Positions 9,852 through 18,038 of a stretch of DNA of 64,000 bases are shown here, one piece after another (the first letter of the stretch is position 1; each line of letters opens with the position of its first letter). The notes beneath the pieces are model-generated. The model searched no databases and was not told the origin of the DNA. It worked only from the letters and a program-made list of their open reading frames with translations. Source of the stretch: Pseudomonadales bacterium (lineage in GTDB: Bacteria > Pseudomonadota > Gammaproteobacteria > Pseudomonadales > Azotimanducaceae); contig SLQW01000036.1 of assembly GCA_007131295.1 (NCBI GenBank), positions 16,766-80,765 on the forward strand. The letters are read 5' to 3'. Made by a program: the position numbers and the translations under genes.

Positions 9852-10826
9852 ATGTTTCTGCACGAAAGCGCGCGCACCCATGCCGCCCCGTTAGCGGCCA
9901 CCGCAGCCGAGCAAACACCTTTTTCTGCCCTCGCTCCCGCGGGCCCGGCGGCCGCGGCCATCGCCGAGGTCTGGTGGTGGATGTTCTGGGGCAGCCTCGT
10001 CGTGCTCGCTTTGGTCTGCGTTCTGGCGCTGCACGCCGTCCTGCGGCGCAGCGACCGCCCGGTTCCCCTCAGTGCCCGCACGCTGATTCTCGGTGGCGGA
10101 ATCGCCCTGCCGCTCAGCGTCATCACGGTCCTGCTCTTTCACGGTGTTCGCAGTGGAGATGCCATGCTGCCGCAGGACGTGGGTGTGGAACCGTTCCGGG
10201 TCGAGGTCACGGCTCGGCAGTGGTGGTGGGAAGTCCGGTATCCGGACGTTGACGGCGCACCGCTCTTTGATGCCAACGAGCTGCTGGTCCCGGCCGGCCG
10301 GCCCATCGACATCGTGCTCGAGGCGGACGACGTGATTCACTCGTTCTGGGTTCCGCGACTCGGCGGCAAGCTCGATGCCATTCCAGGCAAGACCAACGTT
10401 CTGCGCCTCACGGCCGACGAGCCGGGGGTTTATCGGGGGCTTTGTGCCGAGTTCTGTGGCGCTCAGCACGCGCGCATGGGTTTTCACCTGCTTGCGTTCG
10501 AACCTGAAGAGCTCGAAGGCAGGCTGGGCGCGCGGGCCGAGGCAGGTCTCGACAGGGAAGGCGCCGGATCGCAGGCCTTCGCGCAGCACTGCGCCGCTTG
10601 TCACAGCGCCGATGGCCGGATTGGGGAGCCCGCAGCCGGCCCCAATCTGGCTGCGGTGCGCCAACGAAGGCATCTGGTGGCGGGCTGGCTGCAGAACGAG
10701 CCCGGACAGCTGCGGCGTTGGCTGGACGATCATCAGACGATCAAGCCCGGCAACCTGATGAGTGACTTCAGTCATGTCGACCCCGCTGAGCTTGATGCCA
10801 TCGCTGAGTGGCTGGAGGGTCAATGA
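9852..10826 (+). CDS. coxB: Cytochrome c oxidase subunit II with fused C-terminal cytochrome c domain (caa3-type)
   Basis: CuA site HSFWVPRLGGKLDAIPGKTN...GLCAEFCGAQHARM. A C-terminal heme c motif CAACHSADG is present. Confidence 0.92.
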   Translation: MFLHESARTHAAPLAATAAEQTPFSALAPAGPAAAAIAEVWWWMFWGSLVVLALVCVLALHAVLRRSDRPVPLSARTLILGGGIALPLSVITVLLFHGVRSGDAMLPQDVGVEPFRVEVTARQWWWEVRYPDVDGAPLFDANELLVPAGRPIDIVLEADDVIHSFWVPRLGGKLDAIPGKTNVLRLTADEPGVYRGLCAEFCGAQHARMGFHLLAFEPEELEGRLGARAEAGLDREGAGSQAFAQHCAACHSADGRIGEPAAGPNLAAVRQRRHLVAGWLQNEPGQLRRWLDDHQTIKPGNLMSDFSHVDPAELDAIAEWLEGQ

Positions 10827-13315
10827 CTCTCAGTCATATAAATATCGCTGAGCTCGAGCGGGTCTGGGCGAATCCGTCTGGCTGGCGCCGGCTGACGGTT
10901 GTCAACCACAGCGTCATCGGTAAGCGCTTCCTGGTCACGGCGATGTTCTTCTTCGCTGTGGGTGGCGTGCTGGCCATGCTCATCCGTGCGCAGCTCGCGA
11001 CACCGGACTCCGCCTTCCTGGGTCACGCGGCCTACAACCAGGTCTTCACCATGCACGGCACGGTGATGATGTTCCTGTTCGCGATTCCCGCCATCGAGGG
11101 GCTCGCGCTGTACCTGCTGCCGAAGATGCTCGGTGCCCGCGACCTGGCCTTCCCGCGCCTCAGTGCATTCGGCTACTACTGTTATCTCTTCGGCGGGCTG
11201 ATCCTGCTCGGCGCCCTGGTCTTTGGTGTTGCACCAGACAGCGGCTGGTTCATGTACACACCGCTCTCGGGTGCGGTCTTCACGCCGGGGATAAACGCGG
11301 ATGTCTGGCTGCTGGGGATCACCTTCGTCGAGATTTCCGCGATCGCCATCGGCGTCGAACTCTGCGTGTCGATACTCAGGGTGCGTGCGGCGGGCATGTC
11401 GCTTGACCGCATGCCCCTGTTCGGCTGGTACCTGCTGATCACGGCCGGGATGATCATCGTCGGCTTTCCGCCTTTGATTCTCGGCAGCATCCTGCTCGAG
11501 GTGGAGCGCGCCTTCGACTGGCCTTTCTTCGATCCGACGCGTGGGGGAGACCCTCTGCTCTGGCAGCACCTCTTCTGGCTGTTCGGGCACCCAGAGGTCT
11601 ACATCATTTTCCTGCCCGCGGCGGCCATCGTCTCGACTCTGATCCCGGTGTTCGCCCGCCACGCCATCGTCGGCTACACGCTGCTGGTAGTGAGCATCGT
11701 GGCCACCGGGTTCATCAGCTTCGGTCTCTGGGTCCACCACATGTTCACCGTGGGGATTCCGCATCTCGCTTTGGTTTTCTTCTCCGCGGCGAGCATGCTG
11801 GTGGCGCTACCTACGACGGTGCAGGTTTTTGCCTGGATCGCCACGCTGTATGCCGGCAGGCCGCGCCTCAGCGTGCCCATGCTGCACCTCTTCGGATTCC
11901 TGTTCGTGTTCGTCTTCGGTGGCCTGACCGGCGTGATGCTTGCTCTGGTGCCCTTCAACTGGCAGGTCCACGACACTCATTTTGTCGTCGCCCATCTGCA
12001 CTACGTACTCGTGGGCGGTTTCCTGTTCCCGCTGTTCGCTGGTCTGTACTACTGGCTGCCCCACGTCACCGGCCGGATGTCCTCGCAGGGACTCGGCGTG
12101 GCGGCGTTCTGGCTGATCTTCGGAGGGTTCAATCTGACTTTCTTCGGCATGCACTTCACCGGTCTGCTGGGCATGCCGCGCCGCATTTACACCTACCAGA
12201 GCGAACTCGGCTGGGATCTGCTCAATCTGCTGTCGTCGCTGGGCGGTTTCGTCATGACCATCGGGCTCGGTCTGCTCGTGCTCGACGTGGTGATGCACTG
12301 GCGCTTTGGCCGCCGGGTGAAGCGTGACCCCTGGCAGGCTGGGACTCTGGAGTGGGCACAGGCCCTGCCGCCTCCCCTTTACAATTTCGTCAGCCTACCC
12401 GAGGTGGCCGGCAGGGATCCGCTCTGGGACGACCCGGATGTGGCGGCAAAGCTCGAGCGAGGTGAGGGGCGCCTGACCCGGCCGCGGGAGGGCTGGCAGG
12501 AAACCCTGCTGGTGGCGCCCATGAGCGGTCGCCCGGACGGGGTTCTGCGGTTGCCGGGCCCGAGCTGGTGGCCGTTCGTAGCTGCCGTGGGTCTCGCGGG
12601 CTTCTTCGTCGCCTTTCTGTTGGGGGCGTACGCGTATTCGCCGCTGGGCCTGCTGGTGACGCTCTGGGCCTGTCTGCGCTGGGCCTGGGACACTGGATCG
12701 GACGCGGATCCCGATCCGCTGGACTCCGGGGCCGGGGAGTCCCTCACGGTACATGACGTGGCTGGTGCGCAAGCGCCTGGCGCGCTCGGGCTCGTGTTCA
12801 CGCTGGTTGCGAACGGCACGCTGCTGGCGTCGCTGCTGTTCGGCTACGGTTTTCTCTGGACCGTGGGGCCCGATTGGCCCCCCGAGGACTGGATGGAGCT
12901 GTCCGCGCTAGTGGTAGCGGGGCTCGCTGTCCTGCTGCTGCCGGGCTGGTGGGCGGCGCGCCGCGCCCACGCCGTACGCGGCGGCGATGCCGCGTCGCTG
13001 CAGCGCCTGCTGCTCGGCGCGACCCTGGCCGGAGTGCTGGGGGCACTGGGCTTCTTCCTGCTGCCGGTGCTGGCTGAGCTGGCGCCGCGAACGCACGCCT
13101 ATGATGCGATTGCCACCGTCATGGCAGGCTACGCCGGATTCCATGCGGCGCTGGCCGCACTGCTGTCGGGATGGGCAGCGTGGCGTCATCGCTGCGGCCG
13201 TGTTTCGGCGCTGCGAGATCTGGATCTGCGTATCGCCCGTGGATTCTGGACCTACACCCTTGGCACAGGTGCGCTGATTCTCACCGCACTGGCGCTGCCG
13301 GGCATGCTGGCATGA
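10823..13315 (+). CDS. coxA: Cytochrome c oxidase subunit I fused to a subunit III-like C-terminal domain
   Basis: Heme-copper oxidase subunit I motifs are present: FTMHGTVMMFLFAIP, WQHLFWLFGHPEVYIIFLP, HHMFTVG and HFVVAHLHYVL. About 300 extra C-terminal residues carry about 5 more TM helices. The ATG at 10823 overlaps the coxB stop (ATGA) and follows GGAGGG. Confidence 0.92.
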   Translation: MTLSHINIAELERVWANPSGWRRLTVVNHSVIGKRFLVTAMFFFAVGGVLAMLIRAQLATPDSAFLGHAAYNQVFTMHGTVMMFLFAIPAIEGLALYLLPKMLGARDLAFPRLSAFGYYCYLFGGLILLGALVFGVAPDSGWFMYTPLSGAVFTPGINADVWLLGITFVEISAIAIGVELCVSILRVRAAGMSLDRMPLFGWYLLITAGMIIVGFPPLILGSILLEVERAFDWPFFDPTRGGDPLLWQHLFWLFGHPEVYIIFLPAAAIVSTLIPVFARHAIVGYTLLVVSIVATGFISFGLWVHHMFTVGIPHLALVFFSAASMLVALPTTVQVFAWIATLYAGRPRLSVPMLHLFGFLFVFVFGGLTGVMLALVPFNWQVHDTHFVVAHLHYVLVGGFLFPLFAGLYYWLPHVTGRMSSQGLGVAAFWLIFGGFNLTFFGMHFTGLLGMPRRIYTYQSELGWDLLNLLSSLGGFVMTIGLGLLVLDVVMHWRFGRRVKRDPWQAGTLEWAQALPPPLYNFVSLPEVAGRDPLWDDPDVAAKLERGEGRLTRPREGWQETLLVAPMSGRPDGVLRLPGPSWWPFVAAVGLAGFFVAFLLGAYAYSPLGLLVTLWACLRWAWDTGSDADPDPLDSGAGESLTVHDVAGAQAPGALGLVFTLVANGTLLASLLFGYGFLWTVGPDWPPEDWMELSALVVAGLAVLLLPGWWAARRAHAVRGGDAASLQRLLLGATLAGVLGALGFFLLPVLAELAPRTHAYDAIATVMAGYAGFHAALAALLSGWAAWRHRCGRVSALRDLDLRIARGFWTYTLGTGALILTALALPGMLA

Positions 13316-13641
13316 GCGATCCGGGACCGTTTCTCCGCATCTCGGGAGGCCTGTTGCTCTGGGCCAGCGCCTTCGTCTGGCTCTACGCCCTCCTCTCGAT
13401 CGGCTGCGCCGTTTCGTGGCAGCGCGCCCTGCCCGCCGTCCTCGCGGTCATCTGGATACTGCATCTCGTCGCCGGTGTCCTGCTTCACGTCAACAGCTGC
13501 CGTCACCTCAAGGCGCTTCCTTTGGAGACGCCGGAGCCAAGGCGCTTCGTTGCGCATGCCAGCGTCTGGCTGATGGCAGCGGGCTGGGTCGGTATCCTGT
13601 TCGTGGGTTGGCCCGTTCTGCTGCTGGAGCCCTGCCGATGA
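13312..13641 (+). CDS. Small hydrophobic membrane protein, oxidase-cluster associated (function unknown)
   Basis: From ORF 13171..13641, trimmed to the ATG at 13312, which overlaps the coxA stop (ATGA). It encodes 109 aa with three hydrophobic stretches (LLLWASAFVWLYALLSIGCAV, LPAVLAVIWILHLVAGVLL, VWLMAAGWVGILFVGWPVLLL). Confidence 0.6.
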   Translation: MSDPGPFLRISGGLLLWASAFVWLYALLSIGCAVSWQRALPAVLAVIWILHLVAGVLLHVNSCRHLKALPLETPEPRRFVAHASVWLMAAGWVGILFVGWPVLLLEPCR

Positions 13642-14453
13642 CCGTGCCAAGCATCGCGAAATCCTGGTCCTCCTGGAGCATCCTGGGAACAGCCAGCCTG
13701 CTGCTCGCTCTGCTGCCGCTCCCCGGGCTGCTCGCCTCCTGTCTCGGGGCGCATCCGCTGCGGCCTGGCGCAATCTGGACAGGGTGGACGCTGGCGCCGG
13801 AAATGCTCCTGCCCGTGGTCGCGCTCGCCGTCGTCGCGCAGCGGCATCAGCGGGTCACGGCAGCGTGGTGGCCGACATGGGGTGTTCTGGTGATCGCGAC
13901 CGCGCTGTTGAGCCCGCTGTGCCGGCTGGCGGCGACCCTCGTTTCGGTCCATATGCTGCAGTTCATGATCCTGTCCATCGCCGCGCCGATCCTGCTGGCG
14001 CGGCTCGCCGGAGTCCCACGCCTGCCGCCGGGAGCCTGGGCCGTGGCCTACGGCGCGGCGATCTGGGTCTGGCACCTGCCGCCGGTGTACACGGCCATCC
14101 TCGACCACGCCGTGGTGCACCTCGTTGCCGTGTGGTTGCTGCTTGGCATCTCCGTACAGTTCTGGCGCAGCGTCCTGGCAACAGTGGAGGAACGCTCCCT
14201 GGCCGGACTCGCTGCCCTTCTCATGACCATGGCCCACACCGGTATCCTCGGTGCCTGGCTCACCTTCGGCGCTCGCCCGTGGTATCCGTTCCTGGACGAT
14301 TCCGTAGCGCTCTGGGGTCTCACTCTGCTCGAGGATCAGCAGCTTGCGGGTCTGCTGATGTGGGTCGCGGGAGGGCTCGCTTATCTTCTCGCCGCACTTG
14401 TCCTGTGCGCTCGGCTGCTGCGGTCGCAGGGTGAGCATGGGATTGCATCGTGA
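13638..14453 (+). CDS. ctaG: Cytochrome c oxidase assembly factor, CtaG (caa3_CtaG, Bacillus type) family membrane protein
   Basis: From ORF 13416..14453, trimmed to the ATG at 13638, which overlaps the previous stop (ATGA). It is polytopic. VSVHMLQFMILSIAAPILL and LLEDQQLAGLLMWVAGGLAYL resemble the conserved CtaG helices. Confidence 0.7.
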   Translation: MTVPSIAKSWSSWSILGTASLLLALLPLPGLLASCLGAHPLRPGAIWTGWTLAPEMLLPVVALAVVAQRHQRVTAAWWPTWGVLVIATALLSPLCRLAATLVSVHMLQFMILSIAAPILLARLAGVPRLPPGAWAVAYGAAIWVWHLPPVYTAILDHAVVHLVAVWLLLGISVQFWRSVLATVEERSLAGLAALLMTMAHTGILGAWLTFGARPWYPFLDDSVALWGLTLLEDQQLAGLLMWVAGGLAYLLAALVLCARLLRSQGEHGIAS

Positions 14454-14800
14454 CGTTCCGGGTGCCGGCTCGCGCCCCACTGTCGGCCGTGTTGCTCGCG
14501 TGCGTCATCGCGAGCGTAAGCGGCTGCAGCGAGGATGCGGCAACCCGAGTGGACCTCGACGTACTGGTTGCGCAGCAGGAGAGTTTCGACGGCCGGCGGG
14601 TGACAACGGCCGGCGTGCTGCGGGAGTTCGACGATCCGCATCACGTCTGGATCGAGGACGAGGCACTGCATCGAGTGGAGCTGCGTCCGAGCGCCGCCTT
14701 TGCTGGTCGGGCGGGCGAAGCGGTGGAGGTCACCGGTCGTTTCAGCTTCGCGGCCGATCGCGGCCGGCGGATCGAGGTGGACCTGGACCCGCCACCCTAG
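14450..14800 (+). CDS. Hypothetical lipoprotein, last gene of the oxidase cluster
   Basis: The GTG at 14450 overlaps the ctaG stop (GTGA). The lipobox is LLACVIASVSGC. No family recognised. Confidence 0.6.
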   Translation: MTFRVPARAPLSAVLLACVIASVSGCSEDAATRVDLDVLVAQQESFDGRRVTTAGVLREFDDPHHVWIEDEALHRVELRPSAAFAGRAGEAVEVTGRFSFAADRGRRIEVDLDPPP

Positions 14801-14954
14801 TGGGCCGAGTTCTCGTGACGGGCAGCCCCGTTGTTGCTGGCTTTGGTGCGGGTGGTCTAGTCGGGCTGAAGCCTACAGCCCCTGCGGCGCTGCCATGAAA
14901 CGTTCACATTTCCCGTTTAGCCTGCAGCGCTCTTTTTCTGGCCGATCGGGAGCC

Positions 14955-16502
14955 ATGGCCTCACGCTGCGCCAATCTTCTGCTGCTGTTCGCCTTGCTGC
15001 ATGCGGCGAGCGGTCCAGCGATGGCGGGTGCGGAGGTGGTGGATCCCAACGGTCTGCCTGTCGTTCCGGGCTTCCCCAGCCAGCCGATTCGGCTCATCGT
15101 GTATACCAGCCCAGGCGGGCTCATCGACGTTACGGCGCGACGATTCGCGCGGCTGGCGCAGGAGCACTCCGGGCATCCCTTCGCGGTGATCAACCGTCCC
15201 GGGGGTGGCGGCATCGTCGCTTTCGAGGAGGCGCTGCGCGAGCCCGCTGATGGTCACCGCTTCCTGGCGGTGACGCGCTCCAACATTTCCAAGATGGTGG
15301 CGACTGGGCGCGAAGACCTGATCGACCGCCTGCACTGGCATGCCTACATCATGGACAACGCCCACGTGTTGCTCACCAATGCCGTGGAGGGTCCCGGAGA
15401 CTGGGAGGCGCTGCGGTCGTTGCCTGACCGCCAGCTCTGGCTCGGCGTCGACATTGGCGGTGTAAAGCATGTTTCCGGCGTGAAGATCGCCGAGGCCACC
15501 GGCATCGACATGCGCTGGATCCCCTACGGCAGCGGTGGCGAGGCCGTGGCGGCGCTGCTCGGCAATCTCGGGGCGGCCTACCTGGGCAATCCGCGGGATG
15601 CGCTCGTGTCCGAACGCCTGCGTATCGTTGCGGTGGCGGCAGAGGAGCGCTTGCCGGAGTTTCCCGATGCGCCGACGTTTGCCGAGCTCGGCTACGACGG
15701 ACTGGAAGACGAGTTGATCTGGCGCGGTTTCGCGTTCCGAACGGAAGTTCCGGACCCCATCCGCGACTGGTATACCGCGCTCATCAAGCGGGTGCTCGAG
15801 GACCCGCGCTGGTCCGGATCGTGGGCCGACGAGGCGGTCAACCTACGTTACCGCGACGCCGCCGAGTTCGCGCGCATCGTCGAGCGCGACCGGGAAGAGT
15901 TCCGCAGCTATCTCGGCGAGCTCGGCCTGTTGCCCGATACCTACCGTGCTGAAGGGGGGCTCGCCGCGATGGGCCGGGCACCTGGCCTTTATGGCACCAT
16001 GGGTGGCTCTGCGTTGCTGCTTGCCGGCCTCGCGATCTACCTGCCACGCACTCGCTACCGTCGGCGCTCGGGTCAGCTCATGCTGCTCGCTGGTTTCGCT
16101 GGGGTGACGCTCGTCGCCCTGCTGATGACCCTGCACCTGCCGCCGCCGAATCCGGTGGACCCGGTGGGCTCGACCGGTTTGCCCCGGCTCTGGCTCCTGC
16201 TCCTGCTGCCCCTGCTGCTATGGCAGATCGGTTACTGTCTGCGGAACGACACAGAGGCACCGGAGCATGGCGATGCGATGCGTCTTGGCGTCGCGCTCAG
16301 CCTGTTCATCGGTTACCTCTTACTGTTGCCGGTCCTGGGCTACCTGATCTCGACTCTGATCTACATGCCTACGCTCATCTGGTATCTCGGCTACCGGAGC
16401 TGGCCTGTCATCGCGGTGCTCACGGTGGCGTGGCTTCTGTTTTCCGAGTTCGTGTTCCAACGCCTGCTGCTGGTCGACCTGCCTCGAGGCGTACTGTTCT
16501 GA
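14955..16502 (+). CDS. Tripartite tricarboxylate transporter: TctC (Bug-family substrate-binding protein) fused to a TctB-like small membrane subunit
   Basis: From ORF 14700..16502. The ATG at 14955 gives the signal peptide MASRCANLLLLFALLHAASGPAMA; an alternative ATG lies at 14895. TctC motif PIRLIVYTSPGGLIDVTARRFARLAQ. The last ~150 aa carry 4 TM segments ending FQRLLLVDLPRGVLF, which is TctB-like. There is no stop between the two parts. Confidence 0.8.
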   Translation: MASRCANLLLLFALLHAASGPAMAGAEVVDPNGLPVVPGFPSQPIRLIVYTSPGGLIDVTARRFARLAQEHSGHPFAVINRPGGGGIVAFEEALREPADGHRFLAVTRSNISKMVATGREDLIDRLHWHAYIMDNAHVLLTNAVEGPGDWEALRSLPDRQLWLGVDIGGVKHVSGVKIAEATGIDMRWIPYGSGGEAVAALLGNLGAAYLGNPRDALVSERLRIVAVAAEERLPEFPDAPTFAELGYDGLEDELIWRGFAFRTEVPDPIRDWYTALIKRVLEDPRWSGSWADEAVNLRYRDAAEFARIVERDREEFRSYLGELGLLPDTYRAEGGLAAMGRAPGLYGTMGGSALLLAGLAIYLPRTRYRRRSGQLMLLAGFAGVTLVALLMTLHLPPPNPVDPVGSTGLPRLWLLLLLPLLLWQIGYCLRNDTEAPEHGDAMRLGVALSLFIGYLLLLPVLGYLISTLIYMPTLIWYLGYRSWPVIAVLTVAWLLFSEFVFQRLLLVDLPRGVLF

Positions 16503-16526
16503 TGTGGGGCGGGGAGCCACGACGAA

Positions 16527-18032
16527 GTGATTGAGTCGCTTTTCGCAGGCCTCGGCACCGTGTTCGCCATCCTGCCGCTGCTGACCGTCGTCTCTGGCAT
16601 CGTCCTCGGCATTCTGATCGGCGCCATGCCTGGACTGTCGCCGTCCATGGGCGTCGCACTGATGGTGCCCTTCACCTACAGCATGTCGCCGACCCTCGCC
16701 CTGATTCTGCTCGTCGGGATCTACATTGGTTCGAGCTACGGTGGCTCCATCACCGGAATCATGGTGAACGCGCCTGGAACGCCTTCGGCAGTGGTCACGG
16801 CCATCGATGGCTATGCCTTGACGAAAAAGGGCCAGCCTTCGGTGGCGCTGGGGACTTCCATTGTTGCCTCGTCTTTCGGCGGCATGTTCGGCACGCTGAT
16901 TCTGATCTGCTTTTCCGTACCGCTGGCGGCTTTGGCCGTGCGCTTCCATCCGGCCGAGTATTTCGCGTTCGCCCTGTTCGGCATGGCGACGATCGCGACG
17001 CTGGCGGGCGACAATTGGGTGAAGGCTTTCATCGCCATGCTCCTCGGGCTGGTACTGGCCACCGTCGGGACCGATCCTATTTCCGGCGCCGAACGCTTCA
17101 CGTTCGATCTACTGGAATTGTCTGACGGCTTCATGCTGATTCCCGCGCTGATCGGTCTGTTCGCCTTGAGTGAGGTGTTCAGCGGGATCGAGAAGGGGGA
17201 CTTCAGAGTCGTTCGCGCCGGCAGCTTGCACGATCGCTGGCCTCGTTTCGGACACTACTGGAACCTGAAGTGGGTCACGCTTCGTTCGTCGGCCATCGGG
17301 ACGCTGGTGGGTGTATTTCCAGGTGCCGGCGCCACCATCGGCTCCTTCATCAGTTACGGCATGGCGAAGCGCTTCAGCCGTGACAAGGAGTCGTTCGGCC
17401 AGGGCAGTCCCGAAGGTGTGACCGCATCGGAAGCGGCGGATTCCGGATCCGTTGGCGGGGCCATGGTGCCCCTGCTCGCGCTGGGCATTCCGGGAAGCGC
17501 GACCACCGCAGTCTTGATCGGCGCGATGATGATCCACGACCTCACCCCTGGCCCGCAGCTCTTCGTGCGCAATCCTGAGATGATCTACGCGATCTTCGCG
17601 GCCATGCTCGTGGCGCAGTTCGTTTTGCTGTTCGTGGGGCTTGCCGGTGGCCGGCTGTGGGTGCGGGTGGCGGAGATTCCCAAGCAGCTGCTGTTCGTGC
17701 TCATCACCACCATGGCGTTGATCGGAGCGTTCGCGGTTCGCAACGCCATGTTCGACGTCTTCTGCTGCGTCGCGTTCGGGCTGCTGGGCTGGATCATGCG
17801 CCGCTATGGTTTCCCGCTGGCGCCCGTGATCCTCGGTCTCGTGCTCGGCATGATCGCAGAGACTAACTTCAGGCGGGCGATCATGATGGACGGGCCGACG
17901 GTGTTCTTCACCCGCCCGATCACGGCAACGCTGCTGCTGCTGGCGCTGCTCGCCTTCCTCGTGCCCCTGATCAACCGCCTGCGCGAGCGTCGGGCGGAGA
18001 CCGCCTCCGAGGAGAAGCGGCAGGCCGCCTGA
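16527..18032 (+). CDS. tctA: Tripartite tricarboxylate transporter permease, large subunit TctA
   Basis: 501-aa polytopic protein. GILIGAMPGLSPSMGVALMVPFTY..., GVFPGAGATIGSFISYG and LALGIPGSATTAVLIGAMMIHD are typical TctA repeats. The start codon is GTG. Confidence 0.9.
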   Translation: MIESLFAGLGTVFAILPLLTVVSGIVLGILIGAMPGLSPSMGVALMVPFTYSMSPTLALILLVGIYIGSSYGGSITGIMVNAPGTPSAVVTAIDGYALTKKGQPSVALGTSIVASSFGGMFGTLILICFSVPLAALAVRFHPAEYFAFALFGMATIATLAGDNWVKAFIAMLLGLVLATVGTDPISGAERFTFDLLELSDGFMLIPALIGLFALSEVFSGIEKGDFRVVRAGSLHDRWPRFGHYWNLKWVTLRSSAIGTLVGVFPGAGATIGSFISYGMAKRFSRDKESFGQGSPEGVTASEAADSGSVGGAMVPLLALGIPGSATTAVLIGAMMIHDLTPGPQLFVRNPEMIYAIFAAMLVAQFVLLFVGLAGGRLWVRVAEIPKQLLFVLITTMALIGAFAVRNAMFDVFCCVAFGLLGWIMRRYGFPLAPVILGLVLGMIAETNFRRAIMMDGPTVFFTRPITATLLLLALLAFLVPLINRLRERRAETASEEKRQAA

Positions 18033-18038
18033 GGCGCT

